Assembly: GCF_004010195.1 (NCBI RefSeq)
Contig: NC_057719.1
Coordinates: 88,486,333 to 88,550,332 of the forward strand
DNA length: 64,000 bases
Reading direction: 5' to 3'
From: Chiloscyllium plagiosum
Taxonomy: Eukaryota
Positions 36,898 to 49,749 of the stretch are shown piece by piece; position 1 is the first letter of the stretch, and every line of letters starts with the position of its first letter. The position numbers were made by a program, and so were the translations under genes. A model generated the notes under the pieces. That model saw only the letters and a list, made by a program, of their open reading frames with translations. It did no database searches and was not told the origin of the DNA.

Positions 36898-37572
36898 AAA
36901 AACCAAAAGAACTGTGGATGCTGGAAATTCGAAACAAGAACAGAGTTGTTGGGAAAGCTCGGCAGGTCTGGCAGCATCTGAGAGAGAAAACTCAGATTTA
37001 ATGTTTCGGGTCCAGTGACCCCACTTCAAAACTGATGTTAGCCAGGAAATGGTTTATTATGTAGAAGATAGGGTGAACGTGAGGGGGTAAGGAGTAAATG
37101 ATAGACGAAGTTAAAGCCCAAATAGAGAGAAGAACAGTTGGACAGACAAAGGAGTGGATAATGATCACGCTGGGAGGGTGAGTAGCTATTAATGAGGACT
37201 GTTAGTGTCCAACAATAGGTTGTGTGCAACAGAGACCTTGTGATAGTAAGGCATAGTGTGTGCAGGTTGGGGGAAGGACATGGGAGAAGATGCCTCAGGC
37301 CCTAAAGTTGTTAAACTCAATATTGAGTCCATAAGGCTGGAGAGTTCCCAAGTAGAAAATGAGGTGCTGTTCTTCCAGTTTGTGCTTGAGCACTGTAGCA
37401 AGCCTGAGATAGAGATGTTGACTAGGGAACAAGCTGGCATATTGAAATGGCAGGCAACTGGAAGCTCAGGGTCTTTTATGTGGAAAGAATGAAGGTATTC
37501 TGCAGGGTGGTCACCTAATCTATGCTTTGTTTCCCCAATGTAGAGCAGATGACATTGTAAGTTGTGAATCCA
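36898..37572 (-). mobile_element. 5'-truncated Penelope-like element: GIY-YIG endonuclease C-terminus, 3' UTR and a family-B terminus
   Basis: My minus-strand translation reads QCHLLYIGETKHRLGDHPAEYLHS...PVACHFN...ISISGLLQCS, then a frameshift, then KLEEQHLIFYLGTLQPYGLNIEFNNFRA* (YIG at 37534-37542, stop at 37295-37297). Confidence 0.88.
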
Positions 37573-38204
37573 AGTTCATAACCAGTGGCAATTGGAAACA
37601 CATGGCCCAATAAACCATATTCAGTAGGACTGATGTACACCTTTGAAATAATTTAGCTTGAGGACTCCAAGGTGATCCATCCATCCTTAGGTCCTGCCAC
37701 AATCAGCACTGGCTGGGACATTGGTGGATGAGATGAACAATTCAAAGGCAATTTATTTTTGTAAAGTGCCTTTTAACAGAATGAGATATCCCTAAGGCAT
37801 TTTATAGTGCTAAACACCAATCCCCATTAGGTAATATTGGCGCAGATGGACACCCGTTTAGTTAAAGCATTGGCTTTTTCAGAGGGTATTAGAGGAGGGG
37901 AGAGAGCTGGAGATGGTTAGGAAGTGTCAGAGCTCACATTCTCGATGCTGGGGAAAAGGACGCGTGTAATGACCAAGAGTACAGAATTGTGCAGGAGTTT
38001 TATTCATTTTCTTTCCGTTTAATTTCTGTAATGCTCTGTCTGGGGGCAGGTTCAATCAAGGCTGTCACTAGGTGATTATTCAAATTGAAATGGTGCAAAA
38101 AGTTCAGGGAAAGGGGCAGGATGATGGCATGGAGTCATAATATTCCTGTAGAGGGCTAGGGCAGGCATGATGGGCCAAATGGCCTCCTGCACCATAATGA
38201 TTAT

Positions 38205-38720
38205 GCAGTTGGAGAGCTGGGTGTTCTTGTACACTAGTCATTGAAGGGAAACATGAAGATACAGGAAATGGTGAAGAAAGTAAATGGCATATTGGCCTTC
38301 AGAGCCAGAGGATTCAAGTCCAAGAGCTGAGATGTCTTGCTGCAATTGTATGGGGCCTTGGTGAGACCAACCTGGAGTATTGTGTGCAGTTTTGGTTTCC
38401 TTATCTAAGGAAAGATGTTCTGACTATAGAGTGAGTATAGCAAAGATTGATCAGGCTGATTGCTGAGATGGCAGGACTGACGTATGAAGGGAGATTGGAT
38501 CGGTTAGGTCTATATTCACCAGAATTTAGATGAGGGGGTATCTCCTTCTCTGCCATATGAACACTTTTCAAGATATCACAAATTCTCATGGCTAAAGTGA
38601 TCAAAGAGCATGGAGAGACAATGGGAACAAGGGACTCAGTTGGATGATCAGCCCTGATCACCTTGAATGGCGGACCAGACTCGAAGGGCCGAATGGCTTA
38701 CTCTCACTCTTATTTTCTAT
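38205..38720 (+). mobile_element. Decayed CR1 3' fragment
   Basis: gccttggtgagacc...ggagtattgtgtgcagttttgg (LEYCVQFW) and tail gaagggccgaatggc. Confidence 0.8.
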
Positions 38721-38955
38721 ACTTCTTCATTAGAGGTGAAGCAAAGGACAATATCATGGAGGAATTTGGAAACCAGGAAGTGAACTCGCTGTAGAGCTGA
38801 GCTTGGATTTATAAAGGATGGAAGGCATGAGACTATGGTCAAGTGTTGAAGTGTGAGACGAGGCACTCTCAGGCTGGGATGGAGATGGGCGATATTGTGA
38901 GACAAGGGTGAACTTTATTTTCCTGCCAACTCTTTATTAAGGAAGAAAGGGAAGA

Positions 38956-39276
38956 GGAGACACGGTGGCTAAGTGGTTAACACTGCTACAGCACAGTGCC
39001 ATGGACCTGGGTTCAATTCCCGCCTCAGACGGCTGACTGTGTGGAGTTTGCACTTTCTCCCCGTGTCTGCGTGGGTTTCCTCCGGGTGCTCCGGTTTCCT
39101 CCCACAATTTAAAGATGTGCAGGTGAGGTGAATTTGCCATGCTAAATTGCCCATAGTGTTTGGTACATTAGTCAGGGGTAAATGTAGGGGAATAGGTCTG
39201 GGTGGGTTGCTCTTCGGAGGGTTGCTGTGGACTTATTGGGCCGAAGGGCCTGTTTCCACACTGTAAGTAATCTAAT
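38956..39276 (+). mobile_element. HE1-like SINE
   Basis: Full length, ending taagtaatctaat. Confidence 0.92.
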
Positions 39277-39374
39277 TTACCTGATCAATCCGCTGTCACA
39301 GTTGGCAATGAGATCCGCTCAGTTTGTCAGGTTCATAGGACTGGATATCACTTTGGTGTAATTTCAACAGAAGA

Positions 39375-39698
39375 TTAGATTACGTTACATTAGATTACGT
39401 TACAGTGTGGAAACAGGCCCTTCGGCCCAACAGGTCCACACCGACCCGCCGAAGCGCAACCCACCCATACCCCTACATTTACCCCTTACCTGACACTAGG
39501 GTCAATTTAGCATGGCCAATTCACCTAACCTGCACATTTTTTGGAATGTGGGAGGAAACCGGAGCACCCGGAGGAAACCCACGCAGACACGGGGAGAAAG
39601 TGCAAACTCCACACAGTCAGCCGCCTGAGGCGGGAATTGAAGCTGGGTCTCTGGCGCTGTGAGGCAGCAGTGCTAACCACTGTGCCACCGTGCCGCCC
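39375..39698 (-). mobile_element. HE1-like SINE (CpG-rich, young-looking)
   Basis: Full length, with a duplicated ttagattacgttaca tail. Confidence 0.93.
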
Positions 39699-40204
39699 CC
39701 AGCCTTTGGTTTACCTCAGATCTTTCTTCCAACAAAAGACAGTCAGGTTCCTCAATGAGGACAGTGTACATAACACCCTCTAGAAATTATCCAGCATGGC
39801 TCCAACAGTGCCATTGGGAGCTGTAGTCACTGCTGGGACTGCAGGGTCCTGTTGGAAAGTATAGTGCGAGAGGGCCAGACTGCAAGATAAGCCCAGGTCT
39901 TGCTTTGGAGGGCTGAGGTGGCGTTGGTGTTGGCAGATCAGCAGAACCTAGCAAGGTGGTTGGTGGGGGAGAAGGATGGGTGAGGTTGTACAGTGTAGGA
40001 CAGGAGGGGAGGGAAGTCCTTGGAAGCAGGTGAAGCCACATGAGGCGACTATCAATGACTCATAAAGGAAGCATCAACCAGCACATCCCCCCATCTCACC
40101 TTGACCAGGACGCTTAGTGATGGCCACATGTTGCCATGGTTACAATATGGAGACAAACTGGACAATATTAAGTCTTTGGCTGATAAGTGGCAAGCAACAG
40201 TTAC

Positions 40205-41435
40205 AGTCATTGAGACATACAGCATGGAAACAGACCCTTCGGTCCAACTCATCCATGCCAACCGGATATCCTAAATAAATCTCGTCTTATTTGCCAGCAT
40301 TGGTCCGTATCCCTCTAAACTCTTCTAATTCATATACCCATCCGGTTGCCTCTTAAATTCTGTAATTGTACCAGCCTCCAACACTGCCTCTGGCAAATCA
40401 CTCTATACATGCACCATCCTCCCCATGAAAAAGTTGCCCCTGAGATCCCTTTTAAATCATTCCCCTTTCACCTTAAACCTATGCCCTATAGTTATGGACT
40501 CCCCAATCCTGGGGAAAAGACCTTATCTATTTATCCTATCCATGCCTGGCATGATTTTATAAACCTCTGTGAGGTCACCCCTCAGCTTCTGATGCTCCAG
40601 GGAAAACAGTCCCAGCCTATTCAGCCTCTCTCCATAGCTCAAATCCTCCAACCCTGGCAACATCCTTCAAAATCTTATCTGAACCCTTTCAAGCTTCATA
40701 ACATCCTTCCTATAACAGGGAGACTAGAACTGTGCACAGAATTCAAATAACGGCCTAATCAACGTCCTGTGCAGCCTCAATATGACCTCCCAACTCCTAT
40801 ACCCTCAACACACTGACCAACAAAGGTAAGTATACCGAATAGCTTCTTCACTATCTTATCTACCTGGGACTTCACTTTCAAGGAGCTATGAACCTGCACT
40901 CCAAGGTCTCTTTGTTCAACAACACTCCCTACGATCTTACCATTAAGTGTATAAGTCCTGCTCTGATTTTCCTTTCCAAAATGCAGAGCTTCACATTTAT
41001 CTAAATTAAACTTCATCTGCCACTCCTGACCCCATTGGCCCATCTGATCAAGATCCTGTTGTAATCTGAGGTAACCCTATTCGCTGTCCTCTACACCTCC
41101 AATTCTGTTGTCATCTGCAAACTTACTAACTGTACCTCTTATGCTTGCATCCAAATCATTTATATAAATGACAACAAGTAGAGGACCTAGCACCGATCCT
41201 TGTGGGACACCACTGGTCACAGGCCTCCAGTCTGAAAAACAATCCTCCACCACCACCCTCTGTCTTCTACCTTCGAGACAGTTCTGTATCCAAATGGCTA
41301 GTTCTCTCTGTATTCCGTGTGATCTCACCTTACTGACTCTCCACACATGAGGAATGTCGTCGAACGCCTTACTGAAGTCCAGATAGATCACATCCGCCAA
41401 TCTGACTTCATCAGTCCTCTTTGTTACTTCTTCAA
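40205..41435 (-). mobile_element. 5'-truncated CR1 (RT plus 3' UTR)
   Basis: [41 protein letters not shown]. Confidence 0.93.
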
Positions 41436-42589
41436 AAGACTTCCAGTTGCACAAGTGCCATGCGATGATCATTTCCAACAGGATCAAATCTATCTATCCG
41501 TGACATTGTCAAGTCTAATTTACCAACTATCCACATCTTGGGTGTTACTATTGGCAAAAACCTGAAATGGAACAGCCATATAAATACAGTGACTACGAAA
41601 CAGATCAGGAATTTTGTAGCAATTAAGTCATCTACTGACTATGACAATTTGGTCAGTTGCAACAGTTAAATGACATTCGGATAAGTACATGAATAGGAAA
41701 GATTTGTAGGGATGTGGGCCAAACACGGGCAAAAGGGATCAGTTTACTTTGGAAAACTTGGTCAGCATGGACAAGTTGGACTGAAAGGCCTGTTTCCATG
41801 CTGTTTGACTCTATGACTCTGTACGTTTCACCAGTCCTTGTGCAGACACACTCTGGTCCTGAAGGGGTGCCCCAGGGCAGGCAGCATGCCTCCATCATTG
41901 GTGAAGGTCGCTAAGGCGAGTTGCTAAGCCGAGTGATCTCCGTCACTTGCCCAGGTTCACTCTGCGTCGATGGCTCCTGACAGCTTTCCGAGTAAAACCA
42001 ACTGAGTGAGAGCAGGGGGCCGGCAGGTTAGTGTGTGTATACGCATGTTTGTATGTGTGTGTGTGTTTGTGGGGGGCAGAGGGCGGTTCATGCCGAATTC
42101 ATCTGCACCCAGAGAGCTGTGAAAAGCTGCAGATTTCAAATCAATGTGCTCATCAGACTCTCTCTCTCTGTCTCAAGGGAAAATATGGCAGAACTGCACT
42201 GTGCCAGCCAGCTCTGATTGAGGTCAGCTTCCATTCATCTTAATCAGAATAACACCAAAGCATTCATTTGGAATGAAGTGGCTTCTCTGGAATGGTTTGA
42301 CCTGAGCAAATGTCAGGGTTAGTTAATCAGAAATCCTGGTGTCACGTGGCTAGGTTTCTGGGCACCAAAACACTGAGCCGGGGAACTAATCCAGGAAGGA
42401 AACATAAAATTACTGACTCTCCACACACTGGAATTATTCTGATAAGTTCCTATAAATTCCTCAGTCCCATTCTGAAAACTAAATCATCAGACTGAGTTGA
42501 CTTAAATCAGTCAAGTCACCCCTGACTGAAATGTCCTGGAGTTCTTGCAGACTGGGTTAACTGTTTGAAAGGTCAGTTCCCATTGAATG

Positions 42590-42900
42590 CCTACAATGTG
42601 GAAGCAGACCAAGCTGCCCATTGATTCCGCACTGACCCTCTAAAGAGCAATCCACCCAGACTCAGCCCCCCATTCTAACCCTGTGACCTTGCATTTCCCG
42701 TGGCTGATCAACTTAGCCTACACACCCCTGGATACTATGGGCAAGTTAGCATGGCCAATATGCCTAACCTGCACATCTTTGGACTGTGGGAGGAAACCGA
42801 CGCAGACACAGGGAGAATGTACAAACTCCACACAGACAGTCATCCGAGGGTAGAATCAAACCTGGGTCCCTGGCACTGTGAGGCAGCAGTGCCACCCCAT
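42590..42900 (-). mobile_element. Decayed HE1-like SINE
   Basis: V-domain and tRNA head are recognisable. Confidence 0.8.
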
Positions 42901-43639
42901 TGATAGTCCTGGTGACTACAAACCATGGATTGCAGTGTTCCTGCTACTCACATCCATCGTACCTGAAAATATGGCTCAAGGATGGTGAAAGGATGAAGTT
43001 AATGGGCTTTAGGGAGATTGTGTGTCCTCTGCCTTTGGAGTTGGAGTCTCCATGGTTTGAATTTCACTCCAAGCTTTTTGTGGGCCATGGAATGTGCATT
43101 AGTAGGAAGCCAAATAATTCCAAGATTAACCTGTAAATCTTTCTGAAATATCCAATGGAACATGATAAGAGAGGAGTATCTCCTGGCTATCGACCAGTAT
43201 AAAACTATAAATGTGTCCCCAGAACAGTGGTATGATAGCAGATGTATCTATGAATGACACCACTGAATGAGGGAGGGCATTTACGTGATCTGGGTTTGGC
43301 TATAAACCCCCGGCCCATAACTTTGATCACTCATTTGGGAGCACAACAGCCAGTGGACTTGAGAGAGGGCAGCTCTGTGTAAATTGAGTCTGAAGCTCGA
43401 GGCCTACTTCATTTAGTGGGGAATCCAAATGTACATCACTCAGCCTTCCTAAGCTGAGATCAAAAGAAACGAACAGTTAAAATTGTAAGTTCATTGATCA
43501 TTATGAAACTGCGATAAGGACTATTCTTAAATACATTAGAAAAGCTATTCATTTTTAAAGTTATAACTGAGAACCACCAAGGATTGGAGAGCGTGTTAGG
43601 GTCAGTTTAATAAAGTAATAAGTGTAATCCAAAATCAAC

Positions 43640-46498
43640 TGAAGTTGGTGTGAAGGATGTAAATGGAAGTCATGGTGGCACAGCTCAGTCGAGTGGAATG
43701 TGTGGCCTGTGATGTGTGGGAACTCAGGGACCCTACCAGTGTGCTGAGCAACATCGATCTCGGAGTACTGGAACTCAAACAGCGAGTGGACACACTGCGC
43801 CACATCTGTGAGGCTGAGAGGTCCATGGATAATACGTTTGGAGAGGCGGTAACACCATAGCTCAAGGGACTGGAGGGACAAAGGGAATGGGTAACTGCCA
43901 AGCAGTCAAATAGGAACAGGCCGGTAGTGCAGGAGATCCTACAAAAGAAAATGCAATAGTGATTGGGGGGGATTCATTAGTAAGGGGGACAGACAGGCAT
44001 TTCTGTAGCTGTCGCTGTGACTCCAGAATGATATCCTACCCTCGCTGGTGCCAGGGTCATGGAATTCACAGAGCAGCTAAAGAACATTTTTCATGAGGAG
44101 GGTAGACATCCTCATGGTCATAGACCACATTGTACCAATGACTCAAGCAAGAAGGGAGATGTGGCCCTGCAATCAGAAGTTAGGGAACTAGGTAGAAAGT
44201 CAGCAAGCAGCACCTCAAACGTAGTAAGCTCCAGCTTACTCCCAGTGCCACATGCGAGTGAGTACAGAAACAGGATGATGGCTGGGAAAATGGTGGAGGA
44301 AGGAATACTTTAGAGTTCCTGGGATATTGGGACTTACTCTGGGGAAGATGACATCTATACAAACTGGATGGGTTACACCCAAATAGTGCTGGGTCTGAGG
44401 TCCTTGAGGGGTGTTCTGCTTAGTGGCATCAGGAAGGCTTTATACTAACTTGGCAGAGTGTGTGGGAAACAAGAGAAAACTGTAGAGGAGAAGACCAGGG
44501 TTTGCAAAATACTTAGCTGGTACTTAAATGAATATAAAGAATAGTAAGTTAATAAGTAAAGTCAGAGTAGGCACAAAAGAAGGGGCACAACAGAGGAAAC
44601 ATATATTTATATAAATGAACAGTGTATAATAAATAAGGTCAGGGAGTTACAGATGCAGCTGGCCATGTGAAATTATGATTTTGTGTAAACAATAGAGAGC
44701 TGGCTCAAAAAAGGGCAGGACTGGGTGTTAATAATTTTGGGGCACAAGGTCTTCAGAAAAGAGAGGTAAGGAAGAGGAGTCACAGAGTTGGTTAATGAGG
44801 GCATTGCAGTGCTGGAGAAAGAGGACGTCTCAGAGCCGCCAAGGACAGAGTAACTTGGCTACAGCAACAAAATAAAACAGGTGTAATTACAATTACATTG
44901 CTCAGTGTAGTCTATAGAGCACCAACTAGTGGGAAGGATGTAGGGGAACAAATCTGCAGGGAAATTACAGTAAAATGCCAACATTGTTGAGTTGGTATAA
45001 TGAGGACTCCAATTACCCAAATAGACTGGGATACTGTAGTGTACCTGGATTGGGTTCAGGAGAACTTCGTACAGCAGTACATTTCCTGTCTGACAAGAAA
45101 GGAAGCACAGTTGGACCTGATTATTGGAAATGAGGTGAGTCAAGTGGAACAAGTATAAGTGAGGGAACATTTAGGAGACAGTGATCATTGCATTAAAGCT
45201 TCAGGATGATGGTGGAGAATGATATGCAACACTCTAGAGCAAGAACAATCAATTGGAGGAAAGGATGCCTCATTGGGACAAGAACAGAAGAGAGCTGAGC
45301 AGGATTGACTGGAACAAGAGGGTGGTGGAAACAATTGTAACTGAACAATGGGATACACTAATAGAGGAGATGGTTCTGGTACAGTCAGTGTGTATCCTCT
45401 CAAACAGAAAAGGCGCAACAAACAAATCCAGAGCTCCTTGGATGACAAAGGAGGTAGGAATTAAGATAAAAATGAAAATAACAAGTGTCAGGTAAATTGA
45501 GAACAAAGCGGGAAGGTTCAGAGGGAAGGTCAAAAAATACCTAAGAGCAACAAAAAGGAATTTTGAGTAAAGACTGGCAGCCAGATAAAAGAAACTTCAC
45601 AAAGTCTTCTGTGGGCATATAAACAGTAAAGGTGTGGTAAAATGTGGAGCAGAGCCAGTTAGGTATCAAGAGAGGAATGTCACCTGGAGGAAGAGGGAAT
45701 GGCCAATATATTAAATGAATACCATGCACCAGACTTTACCAATGATAGAAATGCTCCCGAGGCCATGGTGACAGAAGAGAGAATTCAGTCACTAGAACCA
45801 ATCAACACTGAAGTGGCAGATGTGTGGAATAGATTGTTGGTACTTAAAAATCGAAAAGGCACCAGGACTGGTTGAGATGCATCCAAGGATTTTGAAGGAA
45901 GTGACAACTAACATTGTAGGGGCCCTGCCCACAATCTTGCAGGTTTCCCTACACTTGGGAGGTGCCAGAGATTGAAAAAATTGCAAGCTTTACAAGCTTG
46001 TTCAAGAGTGTAGATTCAGAAGAGTCAACATAGATTGATAAAGGAATATTGTGTTTAACTAATTTTCTGGACGTTTTTGAAGAGGTAACAGAAAAGCCCA
46101 AAACCCCTGTTGATGTGTAAATGGACTTACAGAAGGTGTTTGATACAGTGCCACACAACAGGCCTGTGTGAACATTATAGGATGTGGTATAAATTAGACA
46201 GTAGCAAACATGGATACAAAATTGGCCAAGCAATGGGAAACAGAAAGTAATGGATACTTTTCAGGCTGGAGGAAGGTTTGTAGTGGAGTTCCCCAGGGGT
46301 TGGTATTGGGTCCCTTGTATTTCCTGATAAATAATAGTGATCTGGATCTTGAAGGGGGCCAATTCAAAATTTGAAGATGACACAAAACCTGGAAGAACTG
46401 TCAATGTGAGGAGGCTGGTGTGGAGCCCCAAAAGGACATTGATAAGTTGGTGGAGGAAGTGGACAGCTGGGAGATGAGATTCAATGTAAAGAAGTGTG
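43640..46498 (+). mobile_element. Old, heavily decayed CR1 with ORF1 (CxxC and coiled-coil, GDS esterase) and ORF2 remnants
   Basis: VECVACDVWELRD...VLELKQRVDTLR; gtgattggggggggattca (GDS motif); RAPWMTKE; gaaggtgtttgatacagtgcca; agtggagttccccagggg. Confidence 0.8.
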
Positions 46499-46618
46499 AC
46501 ATCCGAGGAGCAGGTGAATCAACGTTTCCTTCATCACTTTCCCGATGAAGGGCTTTCTCCTGCTCCTCAGATGCTGCCTGACCTGCTGTGCTTTTCCAGC
46601 ATCACACTCTCGACTCTG
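46498..46618. mobile_element. Decayed fold-back element, family A
   Basis: catccgaggagcagg...ccttcatc / gatgaagg...cctgctcctcagatg. Confidence 0.75.
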
Positions 46619-46684
46619 GAGGCAAAAATCTAATTAGCACTTGCTACAAATTCAAAAACCTTGCCTTTTGCAATTCCACGATGA

Positions 46685-47238
46685 AACCATCAGATGTCAG
46701 ATCAGAAGTACACTATTGAGTCTGCTCTGCCATTCAATAGATCATGTCTGATCTGATAATCGTCAACTCCACTTTCCTGCCTTTTCCCCATAACCCTTGA
46801 TTCCCTTACTGATTAAAAATCTCTCTATCTCAGCCTTAAATATGCTTGACAACCCAGCCTCGACAGCTATCTGCAGTAAAGAATTCTACAGATTCACTAC
46901 TGTCTGAGAGAAGAAATTCCGTCTTAATATCTGCTTTAAATGTGTGATTCCCTTATTCTGAGATGATGTTCCCTGGTCCTCGACTCTCCCATAAGGGAGA
47001 ACAACATCCGCATCTACCCTGTCTAGTCTCCTAAGAATCTTGTATATTTCAATAAGGTCACCTTTCATTCTTCTAAACATTAATGAGCACAGGCTCAACC
47101 TACTCATCCTCTCCTCATGAGACAGTCCCTACATGCCTGAGATCAGTGAGCTGAGCCTCCTTAGATAAGGGGCCAGGACTGTTCACAGTATATCAGCTGG
47201 GGCCTGACTATTGCCTTGTCTCGTTTTAGCCAAACCTC
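46685..47238 (-). mobile_element. CR1 3' fragment fused to the minisatellite
   Basis: RRMKGDLIEIYKILRRLDRVD, RRNFFSQTVVNL, KAIVRPQLIYCEQSWP. Confidence 0.85.
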
Positions 47239-48630
47239 CCAACAGTGCAGCACTCCCTCAGTACTGTCCCTCCGACAGTGCAGCACTCCCTCAGTACTGT
47301 CCCTCCGACAGTGCAGCACTCCCTCAGTACTGACCCTCTGACAGTGCAGCACTCCCTCAGTACTGTCCCTCTGACAGTGCAGCACTCCCTCAGTATTGAC
47401 GCTCCGACAGTGCAGCAGTCCCTCAGTACTGTCCCTCCGAAAGTGCAGCACTCCCTCAGTACTGACCCTCCCACAGTGCAGCAGTCTCCCACTCAGAACT
47501 GACCCTCGAACACTGCAGAACTCCCTCAGCACTGACCCCCTACGCAGTGCAGCACTCCCTCAGCACTAACCGTCCAACAGTGCAGCACTCCCTCAGTACT
47601 GACTCTCCGACAGTGCAGCACTAATCAGAACTGACACTGCGGCAGTGCAGCACTCCCTCAACACTGACCTTCCAACAGTGCAGCACTCCCTCAGTACTGA
47701 CCCTCTGACAGTGCAGCACTCCCTCAGTACTGACCCTCTGACAGTGCAGCTCACCCTCAGTACAGACCCTCTGACAGTGCAGCACTCCCTCAACACTGAC
47801 CTTCCAACAGTGCAGCACTCCCTCAGTACTGACCCTCTGACAGTGCAGCACTCCCTCAGTACTGACCCTCTGACAGTGCAGCTCACCCTCAGTACTGACC
47901 CTCTGACAGTGCAGCTCACCCTCAGTACAGACCCTCTGACAGTGCAGCACTCCCTCAGTACTGACCCTCCAACAGTGCAGCACTCCCTCAGTACTGACCC
48001 TCCTACAGTGTAGCACTCCCTCAGCACTGACCCTCCAACAGTGCAGCACTCCCTCAGTATTGACCTCCGACAGTGCAGCACTCCCTCAGCACTGACCCTC
48101 CAACAGTGCAGCACTCCCTCAGTACTGACTCTCTGACAGTGCAGCACTCCCTCAGTACTGGCCCTCTGACAGTGCAGCACACCCTCAGTACTGACCCTCT
48201 GACAGTGCAGCACCCCCTCAGTACTGACCCTCTGACAGTGCAGCACTCCCTCAGTACTGACCCTCTGACAGTGCAGCACTCCCTCAGTACTGACCCTCTG
48301 ACAGTGCAGCACTCCCTCAGTACTGACCCTCTGACAGTGCAGCACTCCCTCAGTACTGCCCTCTGACAGTGCAGCACACCCTCAGTACTGACCCTCTGAC
48401 AGTGCAGCACTCCCTCAGTACTGACCCTCTGACAGTGCAGCACTCCCTCAGTACTGACCTCCGACAGTGCAGCACTCCCTCAGTACTGACCCTCTGACAG
48501 TGCAGCACTCCCTCAGTACTGACCCTCTGACAGTGCAGCACTCCCTCAGTACTGACCCTCTGACAGTGCAGCACTCCCTCAACACTGACTCTCTTACAGT
48601 GCAGCAATCCTTCAGTCCTGACCGTCCGAC
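47239..48630 (-). repeat. Second array of the 33-bp minisatellite (~42 units), opposite orientation to 1-680
   Basis: Tandem acagtgcagcactccctcagtactgaccctctg, the reverse complement of the unit at 1-680. Confidence 0.97.
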
Positions 48631-48999
48631 AGATTTGCCCTGTCTAGATGGTGTGGCAATACTGTGGGGCTGGATGTTGAACCCAGCATCATCTGAGATG
48701 AAGGGCACTGTGCAGGTTATGGGGAAAAAGGCGGGAAAGTGGAATTGATGGTCATCAGATCATCCACCATCTCATTGAATGGCAGAGCAGTCTGAGTGGG
48801 CTGAATGGTCTACTGCAGCTTCTATACCCTCTGGTCTTATGGTGCTACTGCCATGACAGAGTGGACAGTGGAAGGACTGCACACAAATACATCCGTCTAT
48901 TCCTGGGGTGAAAACTTATCATTTGAAGGCAACGGCCTTATTGCTGAGGAATGCTTCATGAACAGTTGTAGACAGTGTGGCACATCTTGCTGGCAAAGA

Positions 49000-49014
49000 C
49001 CGCCATCTGCTGGT
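49000..49014 (-). promoter_or_regulatory. Candidate CTCF core motif
   Basis: Minus strand ACCAGCAGATGGCGG fits the CTCF core CCASYAGRKGGCRS. This is a motif match only. Confidence 0.35.
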
Positions 49015-49089
49015 TCCCCCCTGCATTGTCATCACATGAACCTCGGTGCCCAGAACATTAGCAGGGTCTCTGAGTTAACAACAATAATT

Positions 49090-49182
49090 CTAGATTAGAG
49101 TGGTGCCCGAAAAGCACAGCAGTTAAGGCAGCATCCGAGGAGTAGGAAAATCGACATTTTGGCCAAAAGCCCTTCATCGGGG
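49090..49182 (-). mobile_element. Half fold-back element, family A
   Basis: gaaaagcacagcag...gcagcatccgaggag...gcccttcatcggg. Confidence 0.7.
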
Positions 49183-49682
49183 CCACTGTCTGTGATAGCA
49201 TTCCTTTATTCATTCATGGAATGTGGTCTTCATTGGCTGGGCCCGTCACTATTTGCCCAAAGGACAGTTGAAGGTGAATCCATATTGCAGTGTTTGTGGA
49301 GTCACATGCTTTTATGCTGGATTTTGAAAAGAAATTGGATCCCAATTTGGACCCACAATCCCCTAAACTTTGAACCCGGGTTTGGGGGAACAGTGGAAAA
49401 GGAATGTTACCACACGAACACTACCTCCCCCACAATCTGGGTGAGCGTGTCACTGAGTGATTCAGTTCAGCACAAAAGGCAAGGGGCAGAACTCACTGTG
49501 TGCGGATTTGATGGGTAGGTGATTCCTGCCCTTTGATTAAAATGGCACTCCTGATGTTTGGGCAGGGCAGTGTGATCCTGCCCCAGATTCCCTTCCTGAA
49601 GATCATTGTCTTTCACAAAAGTGTGCGATTTTCTGCGAAAGGCCTTCTCATGGTCTAGAGTAAGGAGATAGAATGCACACCT

Positions 49683-49714
49683 CACCACCACCACCACCAC
49701 CACCACCACCACCA
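49683..49714. repeat. (CAC)10 microsatellite
   Basis: Directly visible. Confidence 0.95.
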
Positions 49715-49749
49715 ACTCCATGCCCCTGCCCACCCCCATCAGGGTGAGT

